A stretch of DNA of 61,534 nt, counting the filler. It is 5 parts of 5 records of this genome, joined end to end, with 100 filler letters (N's around TTAATTAATTAA, not from the genome) between each part and the next. Parts side by side here need not be neighbours in the genome. Positions count along the whole stretch, not along the records: positions 52,681 to 61,534 come from DRR723986_5529; 4 more parts are not named here. The stretch is one strand, 5' to 3'. The position numbers and the translations under genes are program-made. Positions 57,695 through 61,534 of the stretch are shown in pieces. Position 1 is the stretch's first letter; every line of letters begins with the position of its first letter. The notes under the pieces were generated by a model that worked only from the letters and a program-made list of their open reading frames with translations, made no database searches and had not been told where the DNA came from.

Positions 57695-59562
57695 AACCTT
57701 CGTTTCTGAATAATTTCTGGGTCGATGTTTCGGCACTGAACGTGCAGCGGCTTCGCCAGGCTGTGAGCTGGATTCTCGTCTGGTACTTCTGGCTGGCTGC
57801 AGCAATAGCCGTTATCGCATCTTATCTTACCGGCGGCTCAGTGCTTTTTGTTGCCCTTCCTCTGGCCCTGATCGGTGCCGTCACGACGGCAACTGTCATG
57901 GCCGACGCGTCGGCCTTGCGCACGCGGCTGATCGTGACCGTCGCGATCAATTCCACATGGATGTTCGGGCTCTACGTCGCCTCCGACATCCACAATGGCG
58001 AGTATATGCTTGAAGTGCATATGCTTTACTTCATCAATACGTCGATCATCATTGCCTATGTCTGCTGGCGATCGGTGCTGATGACCACTGTTGCCGCCCT
58101 TGTCCATCATTCGGTGCTGACGCTCCTCCACCCGGAACTTGTCTGGCCTTCCTCCAGTTATTCCTGGTGGCATCTGATGAACCACTACATCCTGGGAACG
58201 ATCAATTGCCTGGGCGGGATCTATATTGCCGCTTCACTCAAGAGATTTCTCGACCACATGGAAAGCGCAAGGCTTGAAGCGCACCATCGCTCGATCCACG
58301 ATGACCTGACCGGCCTGCTGAACCGCCGCGGACTTCGCCACGCGATTGGAAAGCTGCACCAGGACGACGGCACCCTGCCCGACATGACCCTGTTCCAGAT
58401 CGACCTGGACGGTTTCAAGAACATCAACGACACAGTCGGCCATGCAGCCGGCGACAAGCTGCTTGTGCTGGTGGGGGAAAGACTGAATGCGATTGCTCCC
58501 GTCAACTCGATCATCGCTCGTATTGGCGGCGATGAATTCGTGGTAGCGTCACCTGCGATCGGCGCAGACCAGCAAACCGATTTTCTTGAGGGACTGAAAA
58601 ACTGGATGCAACGTCCCCATGTCGTCTCGAAAACCAAGCTTCGCGTGGGCGCCTCGGTTGGCGTAACCCATTCCAGCATAAGCGGCGGCAAGCTCGACAG
58701 CATGATGGTCGACGCGGACATAGCGCTTTACGAGGCCAAGAAGGCCGGGAAGAACAGGGCCGTGATGTTCAATCCGGGCCTGAAGAAAGATGCGCAGCAT
58801 CTGATGAAAACCGCCGAAGCGGTCCTCTACGGGTTGGAGAACGACGAGTTCGAGCCTTATTTCCAGACCCAGCATGACACCCGGACAGGTGCTGTTGTCG
58901 GGATTGAAGTGCTCGCCCGCTGGAACCATCCCAAGCAGGGCATTCTGGGTCCCGCAGCTTTCCTGGACGCGGTTCAGGAAGCGGGCAAGGCGGCTGCCTT
59001 CGACAGCCACATCATGTCGAAAGCAATCGATCTTATCCTGGCCCAGGAACGCACGGGGGTCGTTTTTCCGAAGGTGAGCTTCAACGTCAGCTACCAGAGG
59101 CTGGCCGAACCCGGACTTGCCGAATACATCCAGAACCTACCGAAGGTCCGTGCCGAAATCGCATTCGAGCTGGTCGAGTCGGTCTTCTTCGATACGCTGT
59201 CGGACGATGAAGTCGAAACCGTCAACGCCCTGCGCAAGCTCGGCATTCGAATAGAAATCGACGATTTCGGCACCGGCCACGCATCGATTATCGCACTCAC
59301 AAAGCTCAAACCCGATCTTCTGAAGATCGACCGGGCCCTGATTTCTCCGCTGTCCAGCAATCCGGAGCAGTTCAAGCTGATCAAGACAATCGTCGACATG
59401 GCACACGGGCTCGGCATCGAAGCCCTTGCCGAAGGGGTCGAAACGGAAGACACGATCAACAAGCTGCGCATGCTCGGTGTCAACTACGTTCAAGGATATG
59501 CCTTCAGCAAACCAATGAACATTGTCGACCTGCAAGGATTCCTCGTTCGCAAGTCAGCCTGA
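57691..59562 (+). CDS. Membrane-sensor GGDEF-EAL protein
   Basis: TM domain with HMLYF, WR, VHH; DDLTGLLNRR, GGDEF, EVLARW, DDFGTG. Confidence 0.93.
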   Translation: MKPSFLNNFWVDVSALNVQRLRQAVSWILVWYFWLAAAIAVIASYLTGGSVLFVALPLALIGAVTTATVMADASALRTRLIVTVAINSTWMFGLYVASDIHNGEYMLEVHMLYFINTSIIIAYVCWRSVLMTTVAALVHHSVLTLLHPELVWPSSSYSWWHLMNHYILGTINCLGGIYIAASLKRFLDHMESARLEAHHRSIHDDLTGLLNRRGLRHAIGKLHQDDGTLPDMTLFQIDLDGFKNINDTVGHAAGDKLLVLVGERLNAIAPVNSIIARIGGDEFVVASPAIGADQQTDFLEGLKNWMQRPHVVSKTKLRVGASVGVTHSSISGGKLDSMMVDADIALYEAKKAGKNRAVMFNPGLKKDAQHLMKTAEAVLYGLENDEFEPYFQTQHDTRTGAVVGIEVLARWNHPKQGILGPAAFLDAVQEAGKAAAFDSHIMSKAIDLILAQERTGVVFPKVSFNVSYQRLAEPGLAEYIQNLPKVRAEIAFELVESVFFDTLSDDEVETVNALRKLGIRIEIDDFGTGHASIIALTKLKPDLLKIDRALISPLSSNPEQFKLIKTIVDMAHGLGIEALAEGVETEDTINKLRMLGVNYVQGYAFSKPMNIVDLQGFLVRKSA

Positions 59563-59715
59563 CGCGGGCGGTCCTTTCCGTCAGCCTAATGGATATTCCG
59601 GTACCGATCGGAAAGCTCCGGCAGATCGCCAGCAACTGCCGGCCAACCTCCGCCGGAACGCCGGTCTGCCCGGTTCAAATCAGGCCATGGCCGATGCCGC
59701 TCCCTCCACTCCTGA

Positions 59716-61534
<1,819 letters not shown>

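Overview
The window is five separate assembly contigs joined by N-runs with TTAATTAATTAA linkers (1-30133, 30234-38504, 38605-44444, 44545-52580, 52681-61534), so gene adjacency across the joins is not biological. Contigs 1 and 5 look like a GC-rich marine Hyphomicrobiales genome (Roseibium/Labrenzia-like, inferred). Contigs 3 and 4 look like Rhodobacteraceae. Contig 2 is a visibly lower-GC organism. Most content is housekeeping (acnA, MoxR cluster, ccmABCD-dsbE, amt, pyk, rpmI-rplT, pheS, asd, ilvE, rpsD, murI, trmJ, icd). The standout is a ~10 kb accessory lipid locus between dsbE and a DUF1223 gene (13473-23165). It encodes an MGDG-synthase-like GT28, a DAG-kinase-family lipid kinase, a fatty acid desaturase, a CFA-type methyltransferase, a cNMP-CPBP fusion and a convergent glycosyltransferase carrying the motif series of plant/algal digalactosyldiacylglycerol synthases (DGD1/DGD2). 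Together these form a candidate chloroplast-style MGDG-to-DGDG galactolipid pathway in an alphaproteobacterium. Other notable items are a leader-peptide/antiterminator/terminator attenuator upstream of a heterodimeric ABC exporter, a lipoprotein vanadium haloperoxidase, a carbonic anhydrase-sbtA-sbtB operon, and an unannotated structured sRNA candidate. All family assignments come from motif recognition by eye; no searches were run.
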